The notes under the pieces: model-generated
Database searches by the model: none
What the model saw: only the letters and a program-made list of their open reading frames with translations
Told to the model about the DNA's origin: nothing
Position numbers and translations under genes: made by a program
Shown here: one piece after another, positions 8,322-18,866 of the stretch
Layout: every line of letters starts with the position of its first letter
Position numbering within the stretch: the first letter of the stretch is position 1
Assembly: GCA_017410265.1 (NCBI GenBank)
Contig: JAFQRC010000010.1
Span: forward strand, 27,679-91,678
Origin: Ruminococcus sp.
GTDB taxonomy: Bacteria; Bacillota; Clostridia; Oscillospirales; Acutalibacteraceae
DNA length: 64,000 nt
Reading direction: 5' to 3'

Positions 8322-9221
8322 TTATACTGTTGCTTTTGCAAATTTTTCGTCGCGCTGTGAGAGCGACTTATATTTTCTCGCGTATATTTCCATAACTCCG
8401 CGAATGGTTTCGCCGTCTATCTGGACATCGCGCGCAGAGTCAAACTCGACTTTGATTTCTTTACCCTTTAGCACTTCGACCTTTTTAGTGTACTTTATGT
8501 GCTCGCCTTTGAAAATAGACGGGAAAATGAGAAGCGTCTGCAAAGCTGTTGTAGAGTGGACAACGCACAGTGAGAGCACGTTACCCTTTCTGTCCTGCTT
8601 TGGACAAGGCATCATTCCGCCTCCGTAGTATCTGCCGTTCATAACAGGAGCCATCCAAACTCTTTTGTAGCTATGCTTTTTGCCGTCTACTGTGACGGTT
8701 GCGCCGTTTGGCTTGTACTGTGTGAGCAAGAGCTTTATAGCTAAAGTTGTGTAGTTTATGCTCTGCTTACCTTTTGCTTTTTCTTCCTCGGCGGCTGTGC
8801 ACACTCTGCCGTCAATGCCAAAGCCCACGTTGTTTACGAAAAGATATTCTTTAGAGTTTACTGTGACCACAGGGAGGTTTTCGATATACTCGTTTATCTG
8901 CACTAAATCGGTGTTTTCAAAGTCACAATTTGTCACATCGCGTATAAAATCGTTGCCTGAACCCGCTTTGAACATATAAATTTTATTTTTTATTTCATAA
9001 CCTATGAGCTTGTTGCAAAAAACATTTATAGTGCCGTCGCCACCTAAGAGCACAACCTCGTCGTCGTTTTCGAGCGTATCAAAATACGCTTTCATATCTT
9101 CGATTTCTAGCAAGTTTTGAGTTTTTACTTCCTGATTTTTGAAATGCTCCTGCGCCTTTTTCAGCGGGGTGCTGATATCCACCGCACAGTTAGATTTAGG
9201 GTTGTACAGAATATGTACCAT
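8322..9221 (-). CDS. Diacylglycerol/lipid kinase family protein (YegS/DAGK)
   Basis: YNPKS, GGDGT, GSGNDF, VGFGIDG, NGRYYGGG and QIDGE motifs; start moved to ATG 9221 behind GAGGTG. Confidence 0.9.
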   Translation of the reverse strand: MVHILYNPKSNCAVDISTPLKKAQEHFKNQEVKTQNLLEIEDMKAYFDTLENDDEVVLLGGDGTINVFCNKLIGYEIKNKIYMFKAGSGNDFIRDVTNCDFENTDLVQINEYIENLPVVTVNSKEYLFVNNVGFGIDGRVCTAAEEEKAKGKQSINYTTLAIKLLLTQYKPNGATVTVDGKKHSYKRVWMAPVMNGRYYGGGMMPCPKQDRKGNVLSLCVVHSTTALQTLLIFPSIFKGEHIKYTKKVEVLKGKEIKVEFDSARDVQIDGETIRGVMEIYARKYKSLSQRDEKFAKATV

Positions 9222-9317
9222 ATAAATCACCTCTTTTAGATTAAGTAGTAGTATAACACTAAAAAGTTGAATGTTCAACAATTTTTGACATTTTTCTCAA
9301 ATCACAGGTGGCATTTG

Positions 9318-9361
9318 TTGACATCAAGGGGCATAGAATATATAATGTTAGATATCAAACA
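9318..9361 (+). promoter_or_regulatory. SigA promoter with probable MarR operator
   Basis: TTGACA-17-TATAAT (9318-9346) followed directly by the imperfect palindrome TGTTAGATATCAAACA (9346-9361). Confidence 0.75.
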
Positions 9362-9391
9362 GTTTCACGGCTAACAAAAGGAGAGGTAACT

Positions 9392-9856
9392 ATGTCAGAA
9401 AAGGACATCGGCAGACAACTTTGCGAACTTAACAACCTCATTCACAGAGAGATAAGAAAAAACCCGCTTTGTGAAAATAATGAAAAAGACCCAAAATGCG
9501 AGGGAATCTCCTTTGCCGGTTCGTGTATAATAGCTTATCTGCACGACCATGGTGAGGAAGATATTTTCCAGCGCGATTTGGAGTGCGAATTTCAGGTGCG
9601 CCGTTCGACTATGAGCAAGGTGCTCACCGTACTTGAGCAGAAAGACTACATCAAACGCGTTGATGTTTCCTACGACAAACGGCTCAAGAAAATCGTGCTG
9701 ACTAAAAAAGCTCTCAAAACAGCCGATAAGCTCAAAGCTGACAGGCAATCTCTTGAGCAGAAGATGGTCATCGGGATTTCACAAGAAGAGCTGAGTATTT
9801 TCAAAGAGACGCTCGAAAAAATCAAAAACAACCTAAGACAGGAGGAGACAAAGTGA
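9392..9856 (+). CDS. MarR family transcriptional regulator
   Basis: QRDLECEFQVRRSTMSKVLTVLEQKDYIKR...DKRLKKIVLT winged helix; start at ATG 9392 behind GGAGAGG. Confidence 0.92.
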   Translation: MSEKDIGRQLCELNNLIHREIRKNPLCENNEKDPKCEGISFAGSCIIAYLHDHGEEDIFQRDLECEFQVRRSTMSKVLTVLEQKDYIKRVDVSYDKRLKKIVLTKKALKTADKLKADRQSLEQKMVIGISQEELSIFKETLEKIKNNLRQEETK

Positions 9857-11613
9857 GAGATATACTAAGGCATTTTGACAAAAAAAGCTGGCTGTTTGTG
9901 CTACTGAATGCTCTGGTTATTTTAGTTCAGGTGTTTTTAGAGTTGAAAATGCCCGACTATATGGCAGAAATCACGACACTTACTCAGACTCAAGGCTCAG
10001 CGATGAGCGATATCCTCATAGCAGGCTCAAAGATGCTACTCTGCGCATTATTTGCTGTAGCTCTCTCTATCGTTATCCACATAATTTCGGCGAAGGTGGC
10101 GGCAGACTACTCATTTTCTGTTAGGTCTAAGCTCTACAGCAAGGTCGAGTCGTTTTCGCTCGAGCAGATAAACAAATTCTCCTGCGCCTCCCTCATCACC
10201 CGCTCCACTAACGACATCACTCAGGTGCAGAATGTCATCGTTTTCGGTATGATGGCGCTGATTAAAGCTCCTGTGATGAGCGTGTGGGCAGTGACTAAAA
10301 TCTCGGGCAAGCACTATCAGTGGACCTTAACCACCGTTATTTCCGTCGCTGTTGTATGCATCGTGCTTCTTATCTGCTACTTTTTTGCACTCCCTAAATT
10401 CAAGAAAATTCAGACGCTCACCGATAACATCAACCGCATTATGAGAGAAAATCTCACCGGTCTGCGTGTTATAAGAGCTTATAACGCAGAAAATTATCAG
10501 AAAAATAAATTCGCTCACGCAAATGATGAAATCACCTCTAACAACCTCTCGGCTCACCGCGTTATGGCTATCATGGGACCTACTATGATGATAGTAATGA
10601 ACGGTATGTCGCTTGTCATATACTTTTTAGGTGCGTTTATCATAAACCAGACAGCACTCATGGGAAGAGTCGAGGTCTTTTCCGAAATGATAGTATTCTC
10701 GCAGTACGCGATTCATGTCATCATGTCGTTTATGGTGCTCAATATGATTTTCATTATGGCACCCAGAGCTGTCGTTGCGGCTAAGAGAATAAACGAAGTT
10801 ATAGACACTCCTCCGACTATTTTCGACGGTGAGCTTAGTGGAGAAAACACCTTAGTCAAAGGCGAAGTTGAATTTAAAAATGTCAGCTTCAAATACCCTG
10901 ACGCTAAAGACTTTGTGCTCAAAAACATCTCGTTTAAAGCAAGAAAAGGCGAAACCGTTGCGATTATCGGCTCCACAGGAAGCGGTAAGTCAACGCTTGT
11001 TAACCTTATCCCCCGTTTTTACGACGCAACTCAGGGCGAAGTTTTGGTTGACGGGATAAATGTAAAAGAGTATAAACTCGAATCGCTCCACAACAAGCTC
11101 GGCTTTGTGCCTCAAAAGGCTCTTTTGTTCTCGGGAACAGTGAATTCAAATATCGCTTTCGGCTCAAACGGCAGAAGCGACTACCGCGAGAGTGATGTAA
11201 AACGCGCGGTAAAAATCGCTCAGGCAACGGATTTTGTCGAGAAAATGCCGTTTTCCTATGACTCTGACATCACTCAGGGCGGTACAAATGTATCGGGCGG
11301 TCAGCGTCAGCGACTATGTATCGCGCGAGCTGTGTGCAGAAACCCCGAAATACTCATTTTCGACGATTCGTTCTCCGCTCTCGACTACAAAACCGACCGT
11401 ACACTTCGCAAAACTCTCAAAGAGGAAACCTCGGGCACAACCAACATCATAGTCGCTCAACGTATCGGCACTATCAAAGACGCTGATCTCATCATAGTGC
11501 TCAACGACGGTGAAATCGCGGGTATGGGCAAGCACGAAGAACTACTTAAAACCTGCGAGGTTTACAAGGAGATTGCCCTATCCCAGCTGTCAGAGGAGGA
11601 GTTGTCAAAATGA
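9853..11613 (+). CDS. ABC exporter, fused permease/ATPase, subunit A of a heterodimer
   Basis: TM domain, Walker A GSTGSGKS, signature VSGGQRQR, degenerate Walker B IFDDS. Confidence 0.95.
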   Translation: MRDILRHFDKKSWLFVLLNALVILVQVFLELKMPDYMAEITTLTQTQGSAMSDILIAGSKMLLCALFAVALSIVIHIISAKVAADYSFSVRSKLYSKVESFSLEQINKFSCASLITRSTNDITQVQNVIVFGMMALIKAPVMSVWAVTKISGKHYQWTLTTVISVAVVCIVLLICYFFALPKFKKIQTLTDNINRIMRENLTGLRVIRAYNAENYQKNKFAHANDEITSNNLSAHRVMAIMGPTMMIVMNGMSLVIYFLGAFIINQTALMGRVEVFSEMIVFSQYAIHVIMSFMVLNMIFIMAPRAVVAAKRINEVIDTPPTIFDGELSGENTLVKGEVEFKNVSFKYPDAKDFVLKNISFKARKGETVAIIGSTGSGKSTLVNLIPRFYDATQGEVLVDGINVKEYKLESLHNKLGFVPQKALLFSGTVNSNIAFGSNGRSDYRESDVKRAVKIAQATDFVEKMPFSYDSDITQGGTNVSGGQRQRLCIARAVCRNPEILIFDDSFSALDYKTDRTLRKTLKEETSGTTNIIVAQRIGTIKDADLIIVLNDGEIAGMGKHEELLKTCEVYKEIALSQLSEEELSK

Positions 11614-13457
11614 TTGAAAAGAAAAAGACTATGGTCGGCGAAAATTTAAAGAAAACTCCTCTCCCTCATCGCGGAGGTCCGGGCGGAAGATTCAACGGCG
11701 AAAAGCCAAAGGACTTCAAGAAAACCTGGGGTAAGCTGATAGACTACTCGAAAAAATTCGTGCCGTTTGTGCTAGTCGCCATCGCGTGCGCTATGATTGG
11801 CACTATCGTTTCTCTTATAGGGCCCGAGATTCTCTCGCGTATCACAGACCTGATAACACAGGGACTTATGACAAAAGTTGACACAGACGCTGTGACAAGA
11901 CTCTTTGTCATTATGCTCATACTCTATGCTATAAGCTGGGTGCTCAATTTCTCCCAGCACTTCATCATGGCAACTGTCACGCAGAAGCTCTCAAAGAAAC
12001 TGCGCACTGACATCGTAGAGAAAACAAACCGCCTGCCTTTTTCATACTTTGACAAGGTAAGCTACGGTGACGTTCTGTCACGAATCACAAACGATGTAGA
12101 CACAATCGGTATGACACTTAACCAGAGCATCGGAATGCTCGTGTCAAATGTCACTTTATTCTTAGGCTCACTGCTGATGATGTTCATAACAAACTACATT
12201 ATGGCATTCACAGCGGTGCTGACTTCGCTTTTAGGCTTTATTCTGATGACACAGATTATGAAGCACTCTCAAAAGCACTTTACCCGCCAGCAACGCCACT
12301 TAGGCGCTATCAACGGCCATGTCGAAGAAATCTACTCGGGGCACTTGGTAGTGAAGGTACAAAACGCGGAAAAAGAGTCAAAAGCTGACTTTGAGCGAAT
12401 CAACCGCCATTTGCGCGATAGCTCGTTTAAGGCTTCGGCGTTTTCTGGTATGATGCAACCGATAATGACATTCATCGGCAATCTAGGCTATGTCGCAGTA
12501 TGTATCGTGGGTGCTCTGCTCGCAGTAAACGGAAAAATCACCTTCGGCGTTATCGTTGCGTTTATGGTTTATGTCAGACTTTTCACTAACCCTCTTTCCC
12601 AGATTGCACAGGCTTTCACCAGTATGCAGTCAACAGCGGCGGCGTCAGAAAGAGTTTTTGAATATCTAGGCGCTAAAGAGCTTTCAGACGAAACTCACAA
12701 AAGCGCTAAGCTCGATGTAAACACTGTCAGAGGTGATGTGGAATTTAAGAATGTGAAATTCGGCTACACCAAAGACAAAACTATCATCAAAAACTTCAGC
12801 GCTAAAATCAAAGCAGGAAGTAAAGTCGCTATAGTCGGCCCGACAGGTGCAGGAAAGACAACTATCGTGAATCTTTTGATGCGTTTCTACGAAATCGACG
12901 ACGGTGAAATCCTTATTGACGACATTCCTATCAACAGCTTAACTCGAGAAAATGTCCACGAGCTTTTCTGTATGGTGCTTCAGGACACCTGGCTTTTTGA
13001 GGGAACAGTGAGAGAAAACCTCGTTTATTCTAAAGAAAATGTAAGTGATGAAGAGCTTGAACGCGCGTGTAAAGCGGTCGGTATCCACCACTTTATCCAC
13101 ACTTTACCTAAAGGCTACGACACAGTGCTCGACGACAAAACCTCGCTGTCACTGGGTCAAAAGCAACAGCTCACCATAGCGCGTGCTATGATTGAAAACG
13201 CTCCGCTTCTTATACTCGACGAAGCGACAAGTTCAGTAGACACCCGCACAGAACGAATTATCCAGTCAGCTATGGATAAGCTCACCAGTGACCGCACTTC
13301 ATTTGTCATCGCTCACAGACTCTCAACCATCAAAAATTCCGACCTGATAATAGTGCTCAAAGACGGTGATATCGACTCTGTCGGCACTCACGAAAAGCTA
13401 CTTTCCCAAGGCGGATTTTACGCTGAGCTTTATAACAGCCAGTTTGAAAGAGATTAA
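11610..13457 (+). CDS. ABC exporter, fused permease/ATPase, subunit B of a heterodimer
   Basis: Walker A GPTGAGKT, LSLGQKQ, ILDEATSSVD, IAHRLST; overlaps the upstream gene (ATGA). Confidence 0.95.
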   Translation: MIEKKKTMVGENLKKTPLPHRGGPGGRFNGEKPKDFKKTWGKLIDYSKKFVPFVLVAIACAMIGTIVSLIGPEILSRITDLITQGLMTKVDTDAVTRLFVIMLILYAISWVLNFSQHFIMATVTQKLSKKLRTDIVEKTNRLPFSYFDKVSYGDVLSRITNDVDTIGMTLNQSIGMLVSNVTLFLGSLLMMFITNYIMAFTAVLTSLLGFILMTQIMKHSQKHFTRQQRHLGAINGHVEEIYSGHLVVKVQNAEKESKADFERINRHLRDSSFKASAFSGMMQPIMTFIGNLGYVAVCIVGALLAVNGKITFGVIVAFMVYVRLFTNPLSQIAQAFTSMQSTAAASERVFEYLGAKELSDETHKSAKLDVNTVRGDVEFKNVKFGYTKDKTIIKNFSAKIKAGSKVAIVGPTGAGKTTIVNLLMRFYEIDDGEILIDDIPINSLTRENVHELFCMVLQDTWLFEGTVRENLVYSKENVSDEELERACKAVGIHHFIHTLPKGYDTVLDDKTSLSLGQKQQLTIARAMIENAPLLILDEATSSVDTRTERIIQSAMDKLTSDRTSFVIAHRLSTIKNSDLIIVLKDGDIDSVGTHEKLLSQGGFYAELYNSQFERD

Positions 13458-13478
13458 TTATAGATTAAGGAGGATATT

Positions 13479-14645
13479 ATGAACAGCTTTATTTACGATG
13501 TACCTACTAAAATTTATTTCGGAGAAAACGCGGTGGATAACCTGTCCACAGAGCTTGAAAAATACGGAAAAAGAGTGCTTTTGTGCTACGGCGGGGGTTC
13601 TATCAAGAAAATGGGACTCTACGACACGGTAGTTGAGCAAATCAAAAAGGCAGGTCTTGAGCTTTTTGAGCTTTCAGGCATCGAGCCTAACCCGAGGGTT
13701 GACTCTGTCAGAGAGGGTGCTAAAATCTGCAAAGAAAACAACATTGATGTTCTGCTCGCTGTGGGCGGCGGTTCAACGCTCGACTGCACAAAGTGGATAG
13801 CCGCAGCAGCTAAGGTTGAGCACGACGCGTGGGACTTCTTCTCAACTTGGGCAGATGTATCTGATGCTCTTCCGGTACTTACTGTGCTCACACTTTCTGC
13901 AACAGGTTCAGAAATGAACTGCGGAGGCGTCATCTCAAACCCTGAAACAAAGGACAAAATCGGCAGACTCGCAAAACCCCTTCTCCCAAAAGCTTCCTTC
14001 CTGGACCCGACCTTGACCTACTCTGTGTCAGCGTACCAGACAGCGTGCGGTGCGGCGGATATCATCAGCCACATCTTGGAGGTTTACTTTGCGAAAGAGC
14101 GCGATATGTATATGCTCGACCGCTTTATGGAGGGACTTTTGAAAACTGTCATCAAGTTCGCTCCAATAGCTATCAAAAATCCGACCGACTATGAGGCGCG
14201 TGCTAACCTGATGTGGGCGTCCTCATGGGCAATCAACACCTTTGTCACAGGAGGCAAAACTCATCAGTGGAGCTGTCATCCGATAGAACACGAGCTATCA
14301 GCGATTTATGACATCACCCACGGCTTGGGTCTTGCTATTCTCACCCCGAGATTCTTGACCTATTGCCTAAGTGAAGAAAATGTCGATAAATATGTCGATT
14401 TTGGTGTGAATGTCTTTGACATCGACAAAACTCTCCCTAAAATGGAAATCGCTAGACTTGCTATTGATAAGCTCAGCGACTTCTTCTTTAACGAGCTTAA
14501 GCTCGACAGCACTTTCACAAAAATCGGCATCGGCAGAGAAAACTTCACTCTTATGGCAGATAAAGCGTGCGAGGGTGATATCATCGACGGCTTTGTGAAA
14601 CTTACTCCAAGCGATGTAGAAAAAATCTTTGAAATGTGCATATAA
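13479..14645 (+). CDS. Iron-containing alcohol dehydrogenase (BdhA/YqhD-like)
   Basis: GGGSIK, GGGSTLD, TLSATGSE, ADIISHILE and HPIEHELSAIYDITHG motifs. Confidence 0.93.
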   Translation: MNSFIYDVPTKIYFGENAVDNLSTELEKYGKRVLLCYGGGSIKKMGLYDTVVEQIKKAGLELFELSGIEPNPRVDSVREGAKICKENNIDVLLAVGGGSTLDCTKWIAAAAKVEHDAWDFFSTWADVSDALPVLTVLTLSATGSEMNCGGVISNPETKDKIGRLAKPLLPKASFLDPTLTYSVSAYQTACGAADIISHILEVYFAKERDMYMLDRFMEGLLKTVIKFAPIAIKNPTDYEARANLMWASSWAINTFVTGGKTHQWSCHPIEHELSAIYDITHGLGLAILTPRFLTYCLSEENVDKYVDFGVNVFDIDKTLPKMEIARLAIDKLSDFFFNELKLDSTFTKIGIGRENFTLMADKACEGDIIDGFVKLTPSDVEKIFEMCI

Positions 14646-14663
14646 GTCGGAGGCAGATAATCT

Positions 14664-15239
14664 ATGAAAATTTGTGTATATGGCGCGGCAAGTAACGAGA
14701 TTGATAAGTCGTTTATTTTGGCAGGCGAAGCTCTTGGCAGAGAGATGTCAAAACGCGGGCACTGCCTAATATTTGGCGGAGGAGCTAGCGGACTGATGGG
14801 CGCAACTGCTAGGGGAGTAAAAGAGCACAACGGCTACATCGTTGGCATCGCTCCGGAGTTTTTCAACGTTGACGGTGCACTCTACAATAAATGTGACGAG
14901 CTGATAAAAACTCAGACTATGAGAGAGCGAAAGGCGCTTATGGAAGAAAAAAGCGACGCTTTCGTTGTCACTCCGGGTGGAATAGGCACTTTCGAAGAGT
15001 TCTTCGAAATCCTCACCCTGCGTTCACTCGACCGCCACAAAAAGCCGATAGCGATACTGAACACTAACGGCTACTATGACGATTTATTAAGCTTTCTCAA
15101 AAACGGGGTTGAGCAAAACTTCCTCAGAGAAAGCAACTTAGACCTGTTTTTCGTAAGTGACAGCGAGAAAGAAATACTCGACTTTTTAGAAAGCTACAAC
15201 GACTCAACTGACTATATAGAAAAAACAAGATTTTCTTAA
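14664..15239 (+). CDS. LOG family (TIGR00730) nucleotide phosphoribohydrolase
   Basis: GGGASGLMG, MRERK and PGGIGTFEE motifs. Confidence 0.92.
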   Translation: MKICVYGAASNEIDKSFILAGEALGREMSKRGHCLIFGGGASGLMGATARGVKEHNGYIVGIAPEFFNVDGALYNKCDELIKTQTMRERKALMEEKSDAFVVTPGGIGTFEEFFEILTLRSLDRHKKPIAILNTNGYYDDLLSFLKNGVEQNFLRESNLDLFFVSDSEKEILDFLESYNDSTDYIEKTRFS

Positions 15240-15291
15240 AAAGCGAAAGCGTTATATAGGTTAACAAAACATTGGTTTTACGCACAAAATT

Positions 15292-15317
15292 ACCCCGCAG
15301 GAATTACCCTGCGGGGT
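15292..15317. terminator. Terminator between convergent genes
   Basis: ACCCCGCAGG-AATTAC-CCTGCGGGGT. Confidence 0.7.
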
Positions 15318-15335
15318 TGATTATTATATGAGATT

Positions 15336-15941
15336 TTATGCTTCTACTTTTGCAAGCTTCATCTGGATAGCGGTTGCGTCGAGGACGGTTACATCACCGT
15401 CGTCGTCTACATCAGCAGTTTCGCGCAAGCTAATGCTGCCTAGTTGTGCCACTCTTCTTTGAATCAAAGTTGCATCTAAAATTGATACATAAAAATCTAA
15501 ATCAACATCACCAACACTATACACCTTAGGCATACAAAAGCCTACAGCAGGTGATAAATCGGTTAATATGCCGTTATCCCAAGCTTCTTTTAATGTATAA
15601 ATTTCACCATCTTTTCTAACAAACATACCTGTATGAGAAGGATAGAGAGTTCCCCCGGAATGAACACAGCAATCGCCATATCTCTCAACAACTTCTGCAA
15701 AATCAACACCGCGCCAAGTAGCGATAGCAGAAAATATAACGATATCATCGACCTCTACATAATCGTATATAATAATGTATGGCAATTCTGGTGGATGATA
15801 AGATAGATCCCACTCATCGCCCTCAAAATAATCAAACATCTGTTTTGACAGTTCTTCTTCCAAAGTTGTAGCATTAACCCCTACTACAAACATCGGAATA
15901 AATACCAGCAAAGCTAAGATACAGCAAAGCAATTTTTTCAT
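15336..15941 (-). CDS. Small secreted dockerin protein with an uncharacterised ~115-aa domain
   Basis: Signal peptide; C-terminal GDVDLDFYVSILDATLIQR...ADVDDDGDVTVLDATAIQM. Confidence 0.8.
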   Translation of the reverse strand: MKKLLCCILALLVFIPMFVVGVNATTLEEELSKQMFDYFEGDEWDLSYHPPELPYIIIYDYVEVDDIVIFSAIATWRGVDFAEVVERYGDCCVHSGGTLYPSHTGMFVRKDGEIYTLKEAWDNGILTDLSPAVGFCMPKVYSVGDVDLDFYVSILDATLIQRRVAQLGSISLRETADVDDDGDVTVLDATAIQMKLAKVEA

Positions 15942-16215
15942 ATAGTACCTCCTTAAATACTTTTAATAATAGTCTACTATTTCCACTCACATAAGCTGTA
16001 TATAAACCATCGTTATCCTTTCCTAAAGATAGATTTGTTTACATAAAAAATAACATATTTTAGAGGCTAAAAATGTATCTGGTAAAATTGGTATGTTTTC
16101 TGGTAAACTCTGCACTTGTTTATTCAAAAAATAAGCAATAAGATGAAAAATCGCCATCGTGTGCAAATTTGCTTTTCAAAACCCTTGTGATTTTCCACGG
16201 TGCATATGTTTTTTA

Positions 16216-16923
16216 TCAGAGTGATTTGAGGTACGCTATCATATCAAGATAGTCTCCCTGACGGATATCCGAAATATCGTGATTTTGAGTGTTAATAAGT
16301 CCGTCGAGGAGTAAGAAGGTGTCTATTCCAAGCTGTTTGCACGGCAAAATGTCTTCATTGACATCGTTGCCAAACATCACGGTTTCACTGGGTGTTGCGC
16401 CGAACTTATCCATAATTTCCTTGTAGTAGCCGACATTTGGCTTACAGAAAGTAGATTTATCATACACAGTGATGTCATCAAACTGTGAGGGCAAAAGCCC
16501 TATCCATGAAAGTCGTTTTTCAACCGCTTCGAGTGGGAACATCGGCTGAGTCGCAACGACCACAAACTGAGCTTTTTCTCTCATCAGCTCTACAATTTCC
16601 TTGATAAACGGGTTGGGTCTGGTCACAGTTTTGATAGCGTTATATCTATCGCCGTAAACTTCGGGGAAAATCTCGATGAGTTTTTCCGCGTCTTCTTTGA
16701 CAAGTGCTAAAAACGCTTCTTCAAAAACCTCTGCGTTTATGCGACTGCCGTCGTTTTTAGCCATCATATATGACGCTTTCATCGTAGCGGTAGCGACAGC
16801 CTTGCCGTCATATCCGCGCTCGTAAAACATCTTTGCTATTTCGTTTATATATATCTTTATGTACTCGTCCTGATTCATCGGCAAAAGCGTGCAATCAAGG
16901 TCGGTCATAATAAGCTTTTTCAT
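16216..16923 (-). CDS. HAD superfamily hydrolase
   Basis: DLDCTL motif I, KP motif III and GNDVNED motif IV; start moved to ATG 16923. Confidence 0.9.
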   Translation of the reverse strand: MKKLIMTDLDCTLLPMNQDEYIKIYINEIAKMFYERGYDGKAVATATMKASYMMAKNDGSRINAEVFEEAFLALVKEDAEKLIEIFPEVYGDRYNAIKTVTRPNPFIKEIVELMREKAQFVVVATQPMFPLEAVEKRLSWIGLLPSQFDDITVYDKSTFCKPNVGYYKEIMDKFGATPSETVMFGNDVNEDILPCKQLGIDTFLLLDGLINTQNHDISDIRQGDYLDMIAYLKSL

Positions 16924-17044
16924 AAAATCACCTTCATTATAGTATACCTGTTTCGACAAATTATCAAGAGTATACAACAAAAATGTTGCAGAAAGACTAT
17001 CTTTGTGATATCCTTATTTGTAGCAAAACTTTCGGAGGCTTACT

Positions 17045-18238
17045 ATGAAATATCATTTTAACCCTGCTTCTATTCTGCTCCCTAAAGAAGGATTCAAAAA
17101 GTGGTCGGTTGTTGCGTGCGACCAGTACACTTCTGAACAGAGCTACTGGGACAGCGTAGAAAAATATGTCGGAGACAATCCGTCGGCTCTTCACATCATT
17201 TTGCCTGAGATTTATCTGAGTGAGGACAACACTCCTTACATCAACTCTATCAACTCAAATATGGAAAAGTATCTTGAAAGCGGTGTTTTTGACACCTTTG
17301 ATGATGCGATGATTTATGTTGAGCGTGAGTCAAACGGCACAAAGCGACTCGGTGTAGTCGGCGTTATAGATTTAGAGGACTATGACTACTCTAAGGGCAC
17401 CAACGCTCTTATCCGCGCTACTGAGCAGACAGTGCTCGAGAGAATTCCTCCGCGTGTCGCTATCCGCAAGGACGCACCACTTGAGATGCCTCATGTTATG
17501 CTTCTGATTGACGATAAAGAGCGCAGTGTCATCGAGCCGTTATCGGACAAAAAGCCTGAATTTAAAGAAGCGTACAACTTCGATTTGATGGAAGGTGGCG
17601 GACATATCGAGGGTTATTTCATCGATAAAGACACTCAGGTTAAGGTTCAGAACGCTTTAGAGAGTCTTCTTTCAGGAAACGAAAACGATATGCTTTTCGC
17701 AGTCGGTGACGGTAACCACTCGTTAGCTACCGCTAAGGAATGCTATCGCCAAAACCCGACACCGCTCAATCGCTACGCTTTAGTTGAGATAGTGAACATC
17801 CACGACGCGTCTATTGAGTTTGAGCCTATCTATCGAGTTATGTTCAACATCGATGCTGATGACTTTATGAATAAATTTATGGAGGCTCACGCAGTTTCAA
17901 GTGATGATAACACCCACGACTTTGAGTGTGTTACTAAAAACGGCAGTGAACACATCACAGTGAAAGCTACCGCAGAGCTTCCTGTGGGCACTTTGCAGGT
18001 ATTCATCGACGAGTACTTAAAAGAAAATCCTCAGGTGAAAATCGACTATATCCACGGCGAAGATGTTGTCTACGATTTGTGTAAGGAAGAAAACACCTTA
18101 GGCTTTATCTTCCTTGGTATGGGCAAGAGCGATTTATTCCCTGCTGTTAAATCCGACGGCTCACTTCCTAGAAAAACTTTTTCTATGGGTCACGCTCACG
18201 ACAAGCGTTACTACATAGAAGCTAGAAAAATCAAATAA
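17045..18238 (+). CDS. DUF1015 family protein
   Basis: VVACDQYTS, RATEQTV, AVGDGNHSLATAK and PRKTFSMG motifs. Confidence 0.8.
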   Translation: MKYHFNPASILLPKEGFKKWSVVACDQYTSEQSYWDSVEKYVGDNPSALHIILPEIYLSEDNTPYINSINSNMEKYLESGVFDTFDDAMIYVERESNGTKRLGVVGVIDLEDYDYSKGTNALIRATEQTVLERIPPRVAIRKDAPLEMPHVMLLIDDKERSVIEPLSDKKPEFKEAYNFDLMEGGGHIEGYFIDKDTQVKVQNALESLLSGNENDMLFAVGDGNHSLATAKECYRQNPTPLNRYALVEIVNIHDASIEFEPIYRVMFNIDADDFMNKFMEAHAVSSDDNTHDFECVTKNGSEHITVKATAELPVGTLQVFIDEYLKENPQVKIDYIHGEDVVYDLCKEENTLGFIFLGMGKSDLFPAVKSDGSLPRKTFSMGHAHDKRYYIEARKIK

Positions 18239-18294
18239 TTTCAAAAACAAAAATGCTCAGGTAGAGAATTCTGCCTGAGCTTTTCTTTATATAT

Positions 18295-18390
18295 GGGTGC
18301 TACGCACGCGGACGACCGCTGGTCGCCCCTACGGTTTTTATTCTGCGTTTCTACAGGGAGGGTTTCCACGCCCTCTCGAAAACAGAAATG
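18295..18390. repeat. REP cluster (GTAG-type REP plus a second REP variant)
   Basis: 18310-18332 GGACGACCGCTGGTCGCCCCTAC is one mismatch from the REP inside the RAYT; 18355-18390 nearly matches 45325-45360. Confidence 0.85.
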
Positions 18391-18391
18391 T

Positions 18392-18688
18392 TTAATAAAT
18401 ATTGTGGTTTTCACTGCCACCTGGATATGTATCCTCTTTTGTTTCGTATTTGTAGATAATCAGCCAGAGTAGTAACATTCCCACAACATAACCAAGGACT
18501 ATAACCAGCGGATTTATCGCAATATCAACGATGGTGACGGTCAGTAACGACTGATAAATATAGCGCAAAAACAGGAAAGTAAGGAGTAGCACGAGTCCCA
18601 TCGCGACATTTGACCACAAAAGCGACCACCACAGCGCCTTCTTATTCACTTTGCTCTCGCTTTTTTCTTTATTTTCCAATCCGCTCAC
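18392..18688 (-). CDS. Small membrane protein (two TM segments), hypothetical
   Basis: ORF with GGAG RBS and two hydrophobic stretches. Confidence 0.65.
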   Translation of the reverse strand: MSGLENKEKSESKVNKKALWWSLLWSNVAMGLVLLLTFLFLRYIYQSLLTVTIVDIAINPLVIVLGYVVGMLLLWLIIYKYETKEDTYPGGSENHNIY

Positions 18689-18815
18689 TCCTTATCTAAA
18701 AAATAAAAATCGAAAAATCAAATACAAATATAGCACACCTGAAATGCAATTTCAACCACTTTTTGGCGAAGTAAAGAAAAACAAAAATCGACAAGCAAAA
18801 TTAATTTTGATATAA

Positions 18816-18843
18816 TGCAACAAAACTTATCTTTTTAGCGTAT
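18816..18843 (+). promoter_or_regulatory. ECF-type promoter, probably autoregulatory
   Basis: TGCAAC-17-CGTAT, resembling SigV/SigW-class promoters, 23 nt before the sigma gene. Confidence 0.6.
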
Positions 18844-18866
18844 TAATGGTGAAAGGGGGCTAAAAA

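Noticed and set aside
9392-15239. MarR-ABC-ABC-ADH-LOG cluster as a novel pathway
   Set aside because: All are common families often adjacent without functional linkage; nothing unusual seen.
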